Shown here one piece after another: positions 8,849-17,955 of a stretch of 34,616 nt of DNA (the stretch's first letter is position 1; every line of letters begins with the position of its first letter). The stretch covers positions 1 to 34,616 of the forward strand of contig DATAKV010000157.1 of the NCBI GenBank assembly GCA_036261375.1, written 5' to 3'. This DNA is from Anaerolineales bacterium (GTDB lineage Bacteria > Chloroflexota > Anaerolineae > Anaerolineales > Villigracilaceae). Below the pieces are notes generated by a model that did not search any database, was not told the origin of the DNA, and worked only from the letters and a program-made list of their open reading frames with translations. The position numbers and the translations under genes were made by a program.

Positions 8849-8924
8849 CCCTAATTATATACCGGCACCTAAACGCAGGCTGAAATCCTCTTTAATCTAC
8901 AATAAGAATTTATGAGAATGATTT

Positions 8925-9539
8925 TCAGATTGCATTAAGCATCTGTTCCTTTGTGATCGGCCCTTCGCGCAGGACCTGTATCTCTGTACCCGTGCAGTCG
9001 ACCAGTGTGGATGGGATTCCCCCTGGCGTCCTCCCGCCATCGAGGATCAAAGCGATTCGGCCACCCAACTGCTGCAGCACTTCCTGTGCGGTGGTGGGGC
9101 TGGGCTGGCTGGACCGGTTGGCAGACGTTACCGCCAGAGGACCGGAGAGGCGCAGCAGGGTGCGGGCCACTTCGTGGTCAGGGACGCGCACGCCGACAGC
9201 CGGGTTTGCCGACACACCCTCGGGGAGTGCAGGCTTCTTGGGAACAAGAACGGTCAGAGGTCCCGGCCAGAAGCGGGCGATGAGTCTGGCGGCGAAGAGA
9301 GGGATCTCCTCCGCTACCTTTGACAGGTCTTCCCGGTCGCCGATCAGTACCGGAATTGCTTTTTCCACGGGGCGTTCCTTGGCCGTATAAATCGATTTGA
9401 CCGCCTTGCCATCGAAGGCAAGCGCGCCCACGCCATAGACCGTATCGGTCGGGAACGCAACCAGTCCACCGGAGTACAGGATCTCCAGGGCGCTTGTAAT
9501 TGCATTCGAGGCATTCACAGGAAGAATTTCAGTGTGCAT
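8925..9539 (-). CDS. tsaC: Threonylcarbamoyl-AMP synthase (TsaC/YrdC domain only)
   Basis: VAFPTDTVYG, KxR (KER), FWPGPLT, TSANRS; no Sua5 C-terminal domain. Confidence 0.93.
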   Translation of the reverse strand: MHTEILPVNASNAITSALEILYSGGLVAFPTDTVYGVGALAFDGKAVKSIYTAKERPVEKAIPVLIGDREDLSKVAEEIPLFAARLIARFWPGPLTVLVPKKPALPEGVSANPAVGVRVPDHEVARTLLRLSGPLAVTSANRSSQPSPTTAQEVLQQLGGRIALILDGGRTPGGIPSTLVDCTGTEIQVLREGPITKEQMLNAI

Positions 9540-9542
9540 GGT

Positions 9543-10379
9543 TCACGGAAGCGAAATTTCCACCAACCGGTCGTGACCAGCCAGGTCGCGGTGCAGCTGG
9601 ATATCCGCCTGCGGAAACCGTTTTTGCGCAAGCCGGATCGTCTGCGGCCCCAGTGTTGATTCGATTTCAAGCAGGACTCGTCCGCCGTGAGCGATCCAGG
9701 CGGGAGCCTGACTCAACAGGGAGCGGATGAGTTCCAGTCCGTCTGCGCCTCCGTCGAGCGCCAATCCGGGCTCACGGCCATAGACAGGAAGTTCCTGCAG
9801 CGTGGACGTGGGAATATAGGGGAGGTTGGCGCACAAAAGATCCAGCTGGTGTAGTGGTTGGGCAGGCAAAAGGTCACACTGGACGAATTCTATCCGATCC
9901 TGGACATGGAACTTAACGGCGTTATTCCGGGCAACGCTTAGAGCGTCTGCCGAGATGTCCGTAGCCAGGACAACAGCGTCCGGAATATGGACCGCGATCG
10001 AGATGGCAATGATCCCCGACCCTGTGCCGATATCCGCAATCCTGTGCCGGATGGGTGAGGCCTGCAAAAAGGCGATGGCCTTTTCGACGAGCAGCTCTGT
10101 CTCCGGGCGCGGGATCAGCACAGCGGGACTGAGATCGAATTCCATCCCAAAAAATTCCCAGTGCCCGAGGACATAGGGGAGAGGCTCGCCGCTTTCAAGC
10201 CTTCTAACTTTTTCCTTTAATACCTGCGTTTGATCCGGCGTTAATTCCAGGTCTTGATGGGCCAGGACCCAGGTGCGCGGCTTACCCAGGATATGGGCGA
10301 GGACGACGGAAGCGTCCAGTGCCGGCGTGTCGCTGACGGATGTAAGGCGGGTTGTGATATCGGAGAGAAGCGCTGTCAT
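9543..10379 (-). CDS. prmC: Release factor glutamine N5-methyltransferase
   Basis: GEPLPYVLG, VLIPRPETE, DIGTGSG, NLPY (NPPY variant), ALDGGADGL. Confidence 0.95.
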   Translation of the reverse strand: MTALLSDITTRLTSVSDTPALDASVVLAHILGKPRTWVLAHQDLELTPDQTQVLKEKVRRLESGEPLPYVLGHWEFFGMEFDLSPAVLIPRPETELLVEKAIAFLQASPIRHRIADIGTGSGIIAISIAVHIPDAVVLATDISADALSVARNNAVKFHVQDRIEFVQCDLLPAQPLHQLDLLCANLPYIPTSTLQELPVYGREPGLALDGGADGLELIRSLLSQAPAWIAHGGRVLLEIESTLGPQTIRLAQKRFPQADIQLHRDLAGHDRLVEISLP

Positions 10380-11318
10380 CTACCGTTTCTTGATCGCCAG
10401 CAGGGACAGATATTCGAATACGATATTGGAGGCAAGGATGGCAGTGATGTCGCCGTGGTCGTAGGGAGGTGAGACTTCAACCAGGTCGAAGCCGATCAGG
10501 TCCAGGCCATGCAGGCCGCGCACCAGCTGGAGCAGCTGGTAACTGGTCAGCCCGCCAACCTCGGGTGTGCCTGTCCCCGGTGCGAATGCCGGGTCGGCGG
10601 AATCGATGTCGACCGTGACATAGACCGGCCCCTTCATTCTCTCGTGCACTTCCTTGAGAATGTGCGGGATTCCCTTTTCCATCACTTCATGAATGGTAAT
10701 GGTACGCGCACCGAGCGCAGCAGCATCGGCATAATCGTTCTCACCACTGAGCGGACCGCGGATGCCGATCTGTACATATTCACCTTCCCGGATCAAGCCT
10801 TCCTGTAACGCGTGGCGGAACGGGGTTCCATGGCTGTAAGGCACAGCTTCGAATTCCGATTCCCAGGTGTCGATATGGGCGTCGACATGGACGAGGGACA
10901 CGGGGCCATGCTTTTTTGCATGTGCACGCAGCAGGGGGAGTGCGATCGAATGGTCACCGCCCAGGGTGACCAGGGTGGTCCCTGTGTCGATAATTTCAGC
11001 GGCGGTGCGCGTGATCGCATCCATGGTGTGCTGGATGGAAGTGGGTATGACCGAGACATCCCCGTAATCCACAGCTCTCAGCCTGTTGAGCGGGGTGACA
11101 TTGAGGGTGGAATTGTGGCCCCATATCATCAGCGACGCTTCGCGGATCTTGCGGGGGCCAAAACGGGTACCGGCACGGTACGAAGTCCCGCTGTCAAACG
11201 GAACACCGAGAACGGCAACATCCACGCCCTCCAGGTCACGCGAGACAGGCAGACGCATGAAAGATGGGATGCCCATGAAGGGCTGGAGCCCGGCGCCAAA
11301 TGCAGGATTTTCGTTCAT
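10380..11318 (-). CDS. speB: Agmatinase-like ureohydrolase
   Basis: GVPFD, GTRFGP, GGDHS, DAHID, SHGTPF, DIDSADPAFAPGTGTP. Substrate specificity is not certain. Confidence 0.85.
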   Translation of the reverse strand: MNENPAFGAGLQPFMGIPSFMRLPVSRDLEGVDVAVLGVPFDSGTSYRAGTRFGPRKIREASLMIWGHNSTLNVTPLNRLRAVDYGDVSVIPTSIQHTMDAITRTAAEIIDTGTTLVTLGGDHSIALPLLRAHAKKHGPVSLVHVDAHIDTWESEFEAVPYSHGTPFRHALQEGLIREGEYVQIGIRGPLSGENDYADAAALGARTITIHEVMEKGIPHILKEVHERMKGPVYVTVDIDSADPAFAPGTGTPEVGGLTSYQLLQLVRGLHGLDLIGFDLVEVSPPYDHGDITAILASNIVFEYLSLLAIKKR

Positions 11319-11330
11319 CGAGATTCCTTA

Positions 11331-11383
11331 ACCAAGAAGGATCATAAAGGTTCGTTTATTTGCTCTTTGTGATCCTTTGTGGT
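11331..11383. repeat. Intergenic imperfect palindrome (ACCACAAAGGATCACAAAG type)
   Basis: 19-bp arms at 11331-11349 and 11365-11383 with 3 mismatches, between prfA and the agmatinase gene. Confidence 0.65.
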
Positions 11384-11389
11384 GAACAC

Positions 11390-12466
11390 CTACTCTTCGT
11401 CGTCAAACCCACTGCTTGCCAGGCGGTCCGCTTCGTCGCGGGTGGAAAGCTCTTCGATGAATTGATCAATGTCGCCATCCATGACGGCCGGCAGGTTGTA
11501 GATGGAATGACCGATGCGGTGGTCGGTGACCCGGTTCTGGGGATAATTGTAGGTGCGGATCTTTTCCGAGCGTTCACCGGTCCCAACCTGGGAGCGGCGG
11601 TCCGATTCGATCTCGGTCCGGCGCTTCTCCTCTTCCAGCTCATACAGGCGGGCGCGGAGAATGCCCAGGGCGCGCATTTTGTTTTGGAGCTGGGAGCGCT
11701 CGTCCTGACAGGTCACGATCATTCCGGTGGGCTTGTGGTACAGCCGCACCGCCGTGGAGTTCTTCTGCACATTTTGCCCGCCGGCACCGGAGGAACGATA
11801 GACCTCGACCTCGATATCGCTTTCGGGGATCTCGATCTCGACCTCATCCACTTCGGCCATGACCGCTACGGTGGCCGTGGAGGTGTGAATGCGTCCCTGT
11901 GCTTCGGTGGCCGGGACACGCTGCACACGATGCACCCCTGATTCGTATTTCAACTTGGAATAGACGCCTTTTCCCTTGACCTCAAAGATCACTTCCTTGT
12001 ACCCGCCTACGCCGATCGCGTTCTCAGAGAGGATCTCGGTCTTCCAGCGCTTTTCTTCCGAGTAGCGGGTGTACATGCGGAAGAGGTCGGCGGCGAAAAT
12101 GGCGGCTTCGTCACCACCGGCGCCGGCACGAATTTCGACGATCACACTTCTATCATCACGCGGGTCGCGTGGAACCAGCATTCCCTTGATATCTTTTTCA
12201 AGTGATTCGATCCTGGGTTCAAGATCCGACACATCGGCCTGTGCGAGGTCGACGAGCTCCTGGTCATTCTCCGAGTTGAGAATCGCCCGGGCCTCCTCCA
12301 GGCTTTTCACAGCCTGGCGGTACTCGCGCGCCTTTTCGACGAGGGGCTCCAGGTCGACGCGCTCCTTGTTGATCTCGGCTGCGCGCTGATAATTATTGCC
12401 CACTTCGAGCATTTCCTGCCCCAGTTGTTCGTAACGGTCTTCGATGCCTTTGAGTTTGTCCAGCAT
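11390..12466 (-). CDS. prfA: Peptide chain release factor 1
   Basis: [26 protein letters not shown] (PxT), [17 protein letters not shown]. Confidence 0.98.
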   Translation of the reverse strand: MLDKLKGIEDRYEQLGQEMLEVGNNYQRAAEINKERVDLEPLVEKAREYRQAVKSLEEARAILNSENDQELVDLAQADVSDLEPRIESLEKDIKGMLVPRDPRDDRSVIVEIRAGAGGDEAAIFAADLFRMYTRYSEEKRWKTEILSENAIGVGGYKEVIFEVKGKGVYSKLKYESGVHRVQRVPATEAQGRIHTSTATVAVMAEVDEVEIEIPESDIEVEVYRSSGAGGQNVQKNSTAVRLYHKPTGMIVTCQDERSQLQNKMRALGILRARLYELEEEKRRTEIESDRRSQVGTGERSEKIRTYNYPQNRVTDHRIGHSIYNLPAVMDGDIDQFIEELSTRDEADRLASSGFDDEE

Positions 12467-12542
12467 AAGAGTCCTTGGATGGCTGGATGTTCATCCCGCC
12501 ATAAGCATGATAAATGCGCGGTAAACTGCGCCGCGCGGCTGA

Positions 12543-12551
12543 ATTATACCA
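12543..12551 (-). promoter_or_regulatory. Extended -10 promoter (TGgTATAAT) for the prfA operon
   Basis: Perfect TGn-TATAAT 76 nt upstream of the prfA ATG. Confidence 0.6.
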
Positions 12552-12608
12552 GTGATGGTTTCGTCTGAATTTAGCTTGTTGTCGCTGCCAGTGAAAGGAT
12601 CATCGAGA

Positions 12609-12650
12609 GGATCAGGATGATCGAAAATCCGATCAGGACGATCCTGATCC
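12609..12650. repeat. GGATCAGGAT/ATCCTGATCC palindrome in a GATC-rich patch
   Basis: Perfect 10-bp arms at 12609-12618 and 12641-12650, with an inner GATCG/CGATC helix. Confidence 0.55.
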
Positions 12651-12722
12651 ATCGTGTACGCCTTACATTGGAGACATCATTTGATTTGATCTGTTTGTAT
12701 TTCGTTTTCTTGCTTGCCATCT

Positions 12723-13106
12723 TTACTCACTTATTGCATGTTTTGAAAAGGCACCCTGCATGGCCTCTTCCAATTCTTCAAGAGTCACCGGCTTGGTGAC
12801 ATAGGCATCCGCACCGTGGGCGAGTGCCTTGTCGACCATCGTATCGGCTGCTTCGGAGGACAACATGACGATGGGCATATCCTTCCATTCAGGCCGCCTG
12901 CGCAGGAACTCGATCAAATCCAGGCCGGAGATCTCCGGCATGTTGATATCGACGATCATCAGGTCCGGTCTTTTGCCCGACAGCAGTGCCTGCACCGCCG
13001 ACCGGGCGCTCAGGAACAGCGTTGTTTCGCAATCGAGCAGTTTCAACATCAGCCCGACCGCCCGTCCCATTTCCTCGTCATCGTCGATCACCCAGATCTG
13101 TTTCAT
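12723..13106 (-). CDS. Single-domain response regulator (CheY-like receiver)
   Basis: IDDD acidic pocket, phospho-Asp in VDINMP, LSS and KP motifs; ATGA overlap with uvrC. Confidence 0.92.
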   Translation of the reverse strand: MKQIWVIDDDEEMGRAVGLMLKLLDCETTLFLSARSAVQALLSGKRPDLMIVDINMPEISGLDLIEFLRRRPEWKDMPIVMLSSEAADTMVDKALAHGADAYVTKPVTLEELEEAMQGAFSKHAISE

Positions 13107-14965
13107 TCCAGATGCGCCTTGATCGATTGGGCTGCATCTCCGGGAACAACTGCTTTCAATTCCTCCACGCTTGCCTCCCGGATCTTCTCCACGGAGCCGA
13201 AATGTTTGAGCAAGGCCTTGCGCCGGGCGGGGCCGATGCCGGGGATGGAATCCAGCTGGGAGGCCATGCCCAGTTTTTGTCTTTTCTTACGGTGGGCAGT
13301 TATACCATAGCGGTGAGCCTCATCCCGGATCCGCTGGACAAGATACAATGCCTGCGAATGGCGCGGCAGCAGGAGCGGTTCGGATTTGAAGGGGAAGAAG
13401 AGCTCCTCATTCTGTTTGGCCAGGCCAACGACTGGAACTTTATCGAACAGCTCGAATCGCTGCAGGACATTGACCGCTCGCGCGAGCTGTCCCTTACCGC
13501 CATCGATGATGACCAGATCGGGCAGGAAGGAAAACGATGCGTCCGGTTTGGACCCGGGCTCAACGGCCAGCTCCTGTCCGGCACGCCAGCGGCGAAATCT
13601 GCGTGTAAGCATTTCCTCCATCGAGGCAAAGTCATCCGGTGCACCGACAACACTTTCGATGTTGAACCTGCGGTACAGCTTTTTATCCGGCACGCCCTGG
13701 GTAAAGACAACCATCGCGCCCACGATAGCCGTCCCCTGGGTATTTGAGATGTCATAACATTCGATGCGGTTGGGAGGGGCAGGCAGGTTCAGCGCCTGCT
13801 GTAATTCGGCCAAAGCCTGTTCCTGCTTGTGTGTATCCGCCTGCCATTGGGCCCGCAGGGCCTGCAGGGTTTCGGTGGCGTTTTCGGCAGCCATCTGTAC
13901 CAGCTCTTTCTGCTGTCCGCCCTTCGGGACGAAGATCTCTACCTTCTCGCCGCCGCGCTTCGAACGCAGCCACTGGGCGATGATCTTCCTCTCCTCGATC
14001 TCCTGCGGGAGCATAACCTGCTCGGGAATCGTTGCCGCTTCGGTGTAGAACTGGGTGACGAACTGTTCCATGATCTCGGCATCTGCCTCGTCCTCTGTCC
14101 CTTCGAGGATGAAGTACTCCCGCCCGATCAGCTTCCCACCACGGATAAAGAAGATCTGCACACAGGCCTCTCCGTTGCTGCGGGCCATGGCCAGTACATC
14201 CGAATCCTCGTAATCGGAGGCAAAGATGATTTTCTGCCGTTCGATGATCGACTGGATGGCTTTGAGCTGGTCACGCAGGGTGGCGGCTCTCTCGAAGCGC
14301 ATCTCCCCGGCGGCCTTCTCCATATCCTGCTGGATACGAGAGACAATGGCTTCGCTGTGACCGTTCAGGAAATCCATCAGGTCGGAGATCATCTGGCGGT
14401 ACTGCGCCTGGGACGCCGCGCCGATGCACGGGGCGATGCACAGCTTGATATCGTAGTACAGGCAGGCGCGCAGGTCGGTCCCGGTGATCTCACGGTCGCA
14501 GGTCAGGAAGGGAAAGATGCGGCGCAGCACATCCAGGGTCTGGTACACCGCCCAGGCGGAGGTGTAAGGTCCGAAGTAGCGCGAGCCGTCCTCCACCATC
14601 TGGCGGGTGACCGTGACTTTGGGAAACGGGTCCGCCCAATGGACTTTGATATACGGATAGCGCTTGTCGTCCTTCAGGCGGATGTTGTACTTCGGCCGGT
14701 GTTTCTTGATGAGGTTCATCTCGAGGATGAGCGCCTCCAGCTCAGAGCCGACCACGATCCACTCGATATCGGCAATCTCCCTGACGAGCCGGCGTGTCTT
14801 CGCATCGTGGCTCGCATCCGCGTGAAAGTAGGAGCGGACCCGGTTCCTCAGGTTGATCGCCTTACCAACGTAATTGATTGTTCCGGCCCCATCTTTCATG
14901 ATGTAGCAGCCGGGTTTTGCAGGGAGAGTCGCCAGGATTCCCTGGAGTTTTTCCGAAATTTCCAT
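13103..14965 (-). CDS. uvrC: Excinuclease ABC subunit C
   Basis: GIY-YIG (GCY...YVGKA), PKYNIRLKDDKRYPY, Cys cluster, UVR domain, IECYDIS, IDGGKGQL, RDEAHR, HhH repeats. Confidence 0.98.
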   Translation of the reverse strand: MEISEKLQGILATLPAKPGCYIMKDGAGTINYVGKAINLRNRVRSYFHADASHDAKTRRLVREIADIEWIVVGSELEALILEMNLIKKHRPKYNIRLKDDKRYPYIKVHWADPFPKVTVTRQMVEDGSRYFGPYTSAWAVYQTLDVLRRIFPFLTCDREITGTDLRACLYYDIKLCIAPCIGAASQAQYRQMISDLMDFLNGHSEAIVSRIQQDMEKAAGEMRFERAATLRDQLKAIQSIIERQKIIFASDYEDSDVLAMARSNGEACVQIFFIRGGKLIGREYFILEGTEDEADAEIMEQFVTQFYTEAATIPEQVMLPQEIEERKIIAQWLRSKRGGEKVEIFVPKGGQQKELVQMAAENATETLQALRAQWQADTHKQEQALAELQQALNLPAPPNRIECYDISNTQGTAIVGAMVVFTQGVPDKKLYRRFNIESVVGAPDDFASMEEMLTRRFRRWRAGQELAVEPGSKPDASFSFLPDLVIIDGGKGQLARAVNVLQRFELFDKVPVVGLAKQNEELFFPFKSEPLLLPRHSQALYLVQRIRDEAHRYGITAHRKKRQKLGMASQLDSIPGIGPARRKALLKHFGSVEKIREASVEELKAVVPGDAAQSIKAHLE

Positions 14966-14971
14966 GGGTTA

Positions 14972-14977
14972 ATTGTA
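14972..14977 (-). promoter_or_regulatory. -10 box (TACAAT) of probable leaderless uvrC mRNA
   Basis: TACAAT 6 nt before the ATG, with no SD sequence. Confidence 0.55.
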
Positions 14978-15076
14978 CATCATGTATAACTTTTCAATTA
15001 TAGATGGGTTTAGATAGTTGTAATCCGCTCAATTTTGAGTAAGATGGAAGCGAAAATATTCATTCCGGAGGATCTC

Positions 15077-15814
15077 ATGAACGAACAACCAAATACCCCC
15101 ATGCTCCCCCAGCCGACCGGTGTTAGCGACTGGTTTTCCACCTGGGGCGAAGCGATTACCAAGCCCAACGAACAAACCTATGCTGCCATGGCCGCCCGAC
15201 CCGAGGCGCAAACAAACAACCGTGCCTTTCTCTGGGTGTTCCTGGCTGCGACCGTGGCTGCGATCATCAGCGGAGTGTTATCAGCGATTCTAGAAGCTGC
15301 CGGCGTGGCGACGCAGCAAATTCCGGGATTATCCGATTTTGTCGGGAGCGCACCCCGTAGTGCAATCGCTAGCCTGGGCATCGCACTCTGCAGCGCTCCG
15401 ATCAGCGGCGCCATTGCCACGTTATTTTTCGCGATTTTTGTGGGAGTTGTTCAGTGGGTGGCCAGAATGTTCGGGGGGACAGGCACTTTCTCCCAGCTGG
15501 CTTATCCTCTGGCCGCAATCTCTGTTCCGGTTACCTTGATTTCGTCTGTGCTTACTCCCTTCAGCTCGGTAGGTGCTGTTGGCTACTGTGTCGGTGGAAT
15601 TAGTCTCTTGTTGGGATTATACGCCCTGGTTCTCCAGCTGATGGCAGTAAAAGGGGTGAACCGGTTCGGCTGGGGCCAGGCGCTGGGATCGTATTTCATC
15701 CCGGGCATTGTCATTTGTGGCATCTGCTTCTGTTTGATATTTGGCCTTGCCTCCACCCTGGGGCTTGCCTTCAGCGATATCTTCGATCAGATCAACCAGA
15801 CGATCGTCCCATAA
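15077..15814 (+). CDS. Yip1-domain membrane protein
   Basis: GGAGG RBS; AITKP, ARMFGGTGTF and multiple hydrophobic helices typical of Yip1. Confidence 0.8.
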   Translation: MNEQPNTPMLPQPTGVSDWFSTWGEAITKPNEQTYAAMAARPEAQTNNRAFLWVFLAATVAAIISGVLSAILEAAGVATQQIPGLSDFVGSAPRSAIASLGIALCSAPISGAIATLFFAIFVGVVQWVARMFGGTGTFSQLAYPLAAISVPVTLISSVLTPFSSVGAVGYCVGGISLLLGLYALVLQLMAVKGVNRFGWGQALGSYFIPGIVICGICFCLIFGLASTLGLAFSDIFDQINQTIVP

Positions 15815-15836
15815 GGAAAAAGTGCTTGTTTTCAAG

Positions 15837-15869
15837 AAATCTCCCGCTACGGCGGGAGATTTTATTTTT
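15837..15869. terminator. Bidirectional intrinsic terminator
   Basis: AAATCTCCCGC-tacg-GCGGGAGATTT 11-bp stem with a T-rich tail, between convergent genes. Confidence 0.9.
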
Positions 15870-17949
15870 CGGGAGGGGGAACCCTGTTCGGTCCGGGATA
15901 CAGGAACATATCGGCCATGGCATAGGCATTTTCATAGGCGGCATCAGCGCCGCATTCCCCGGGAAGGGCTTCATTCAATCTGCCATTTTCGTTGGTGTCT
16001 GCTCCGGAAAGGAGCTGCTTCCCCAGGAAGGACAACTCGGAAACAGCCGGTTCCATTTCAGGGCCGAAAGGCGTTTCATTCAACCTTAAAGCCAGATCCA
16101 AAATCTGCTCCGTCCAGTCGGTGATATTCTGCAGGCAGATCTGGACGTTTTCGCCATACAGACGAATATTCGGGGTGGAATCGGCCGCATCGGCTGCATA
16201 CTTGGCATGTAAAGCGGTTTCCTGTAAATAACCAAGCCGGTCGCCGTTCGGCAGGCTTCCATATCCGTCGCCCGGATCTTCAACCACGCCGTTGCCATCA
16301 TAATCCTGATACTGAGAACTCATATCCCCGACAATGGCATTAATGATCTCCTCAGTCCTCGTGCGCAGCAAGGCTTCATCGTCATTTTCGAGGGCCTGCA
16401 CAATGCCATCCGTGTAATCTTCATCGAATTCATCGCCGTTGATGGAACGGTTTACATAGGATCCACTGTAATACCACAGGTTCTGCATAAGCGGTCCCTG
16501 GTCCGGGAGATCGTCATAGGAGACCAAAACATGACGGACATGAACCAGCGACTCGGGTGGAAACACAGAGGAGTACACGACTTCACCGGTCGGTTCAGTG
16601 ATCGTGACGTCATCCTGCTCAAGTGTGACCCAGACCTCATTGAAGTTACGCAGGTAGTTGTCCGTTTCGGGATCGGTGATCTCCACACGCCCCGCGCCGG
16701 TGGCACTGAAACTCACAGCTCCGATGTCCAGGAACGCCTCTCCGCTGTCCCGGACAAACCAGGCCTTCAGATGCGTCCCTTCGGCAGGCTGGGAGATATT
16801 GGAGAGGTTAAGAGCTGCATTATCCATGAAATAGTTGAAATCGTCGAAGCGCACCCTTCCGACCGGAGAATTGGGATTCGTTGGAACAGCGGTGGGCACC
16901 ACCGTGTTGGCAGCGGGCCGCAGGAATTGGAAGATAAAAAGCGCAAGGACTACGGCAACCAGAACTTCTACTCCAATCCGGACCAAGCGTCGGGATCTAC
17001 GTTCCTCCTGGCGGGGAGAACCCTGGCGGCTGGCTTCGACTGCTTCCCGGGCGAGCTGGGCAAGGTGGAGAGTCCCAGGTGAGAGTGTTTCTCCATTAAA
17101 GATGGCATAAAATTCCTTTGCCAGGTCGCCTGCGTTTTCATAGCGCAGGGAGGGGTCCTTTGCCAGAGTACGATCGAGAATCGCCTGGAGATCAGGGGAC
17201 AGCCCCGGGATGGGCGGAGGCGGCTCGTTGATATGCTTCATCAGCATGCCGAAGGTGGTATCCGCCTGAAATGGAACAGTCCCCGCCAGCATCTCATAAA
17301 GCATGATGCCAAGAGAGTAAATATCGGTATGTTTGTCCACCTTTTCGCCGCGAGCCTGCTCTGGGCTCATATAGGTTGGCGTGCCGGATACGGAACCGGC
17401 TGTTGTGTGCATAGTGGAGTCGAGCAGGCGGACCAGCCCGAAGTCGGTCAGGACCGGTTCCACGTCCCGCGGAAGCGGCTCATTCAAACGAACCTCATTT
17501 GCCTGGGAGCGTAAAAGGACGTTTGCCGGTTTGATGTCGCGGTGAACGATTCCCCTGGCGTGTGCATAGTCGAGGGCGCTGGCAACGGAGTTTAGGATTT
17601 GAGCCACCATGCCGATCGGCAGGCGCTGTTTGTTGTCATGCAGGGACTTTAAGTAGGCAGCCAGGGAAGGTCCCGGGATATACTCCATGACGAGGTAGGG
17701 ACTCTCCTCGATGATGTCATAATAAAACATCTGCACAATATTGGGGTGGCGCAGTTCCTCGATGACTTGTGCTTCACGCTGAAAACGGGCAAGCTGGTCC
17801 GAATCTTTATCCAGCAGGCCCCTCATAACCTTGACAGCAACTTCCCCCAGGGAATCGTGCCTGCCTGTATAAACCTCGGCCATGCCTCCGCGGGCTACAA
17901 GGCGATTAATGTTGACCTTTCCGAGAGTTTTTCCTGCCCAATCTGGCAT
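15862..17949 (-). CDS. Membrane-anchored Hanks-type Ser/Thr protein kinase with acidic extracytoplasmic region
   Basis: ARGGMAEVY, VAVK, HRDIKPAN, DFG, YMSPEQ, DIYSLG; TM segment IGVEVLVAVVLALFIFQFL; ATG 17949 follows TATAAT-N6. Confidence 0.93.
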   Translation of the reverse strand: MPDWAGKTLGKVNINRLVARGGMAEVYTGRHDSLGEVAVKVMRGLLDKDSDQLARFQREAQVIEELRHPNIVQMFYYDIIEESPYLVMEYIPGPSLAAYLKSLHDNKQRLPIGMVAQILNSVASALDYAHARGIVHRDIKPANVLLRSQANEVRLNEPLPRDVEPVLTDFGLVRLLDSTMHTTAGSVSGTPTYMSPEQARGEKVDKHTDIYSLGIMLYEMLAGTVPFQADTTFGMLMKHINEPPPPIPGLSPDLQAILDRTLAKDPSLRYENAGDLAKEFYAIFNGETLSPGTLHLAQLAREAVEASRQGSPRQEERRSRRLVRIGVEVLVAVVLALFIFQFLRPAANTVVPTAVPTNPNSPVGRVRFDDFNYFMDNAALNLSNISQPAEGTHLKAWFVRDSGEAFLDIGAVSFSATGAGRVEITDPETDNYLRNFNEVWVTLEQDDVTITEPTGEVVYSSVFPPESLVHVRHVLVSYDDLPDQGPLMQNLWYYSGSYVNRSINGDEFDEDYTDGIVQALENDDEALLRTRTEEIINAIVGDMSSQYQDYDGNGVVEDPGDGYGSLPNGDRLGYLQETALHAKYAADAADSTPNIRLYGENVQICLQNITDWTEQILDLALRLNETPFGPEMEPAVSELSFLGKQLLSGADTNENGRLNEALPGECGADAAYENAYAMADMFLYPGPNRVPPPEK

Positions 17950-17955
17950 GCAAAA

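Noticed and set aside
8789-8853. Resemblance to a fluoride (crcB) riboswitch: GGGATGCATTCTCC...AAACCGCC
   Set aside because: The 3' GCTGATG...CYAC pseudoknot segment is missing and there is no downstream gene on that strand.
13829-14989. 386-aa plus-strand ORF, and similar long ORFs at 5179-6336, 6825-7787, 7784-8659 and 24876-25718
   Set aside because: All lie antisense to well-supported genes and lack family motifs.
14966-15076. LexA/SOS box upstream of uvrC
   Set aside because: The TACATCATGTA palindrome does not fit GAAC-N4-GTTC spacing or sequence.
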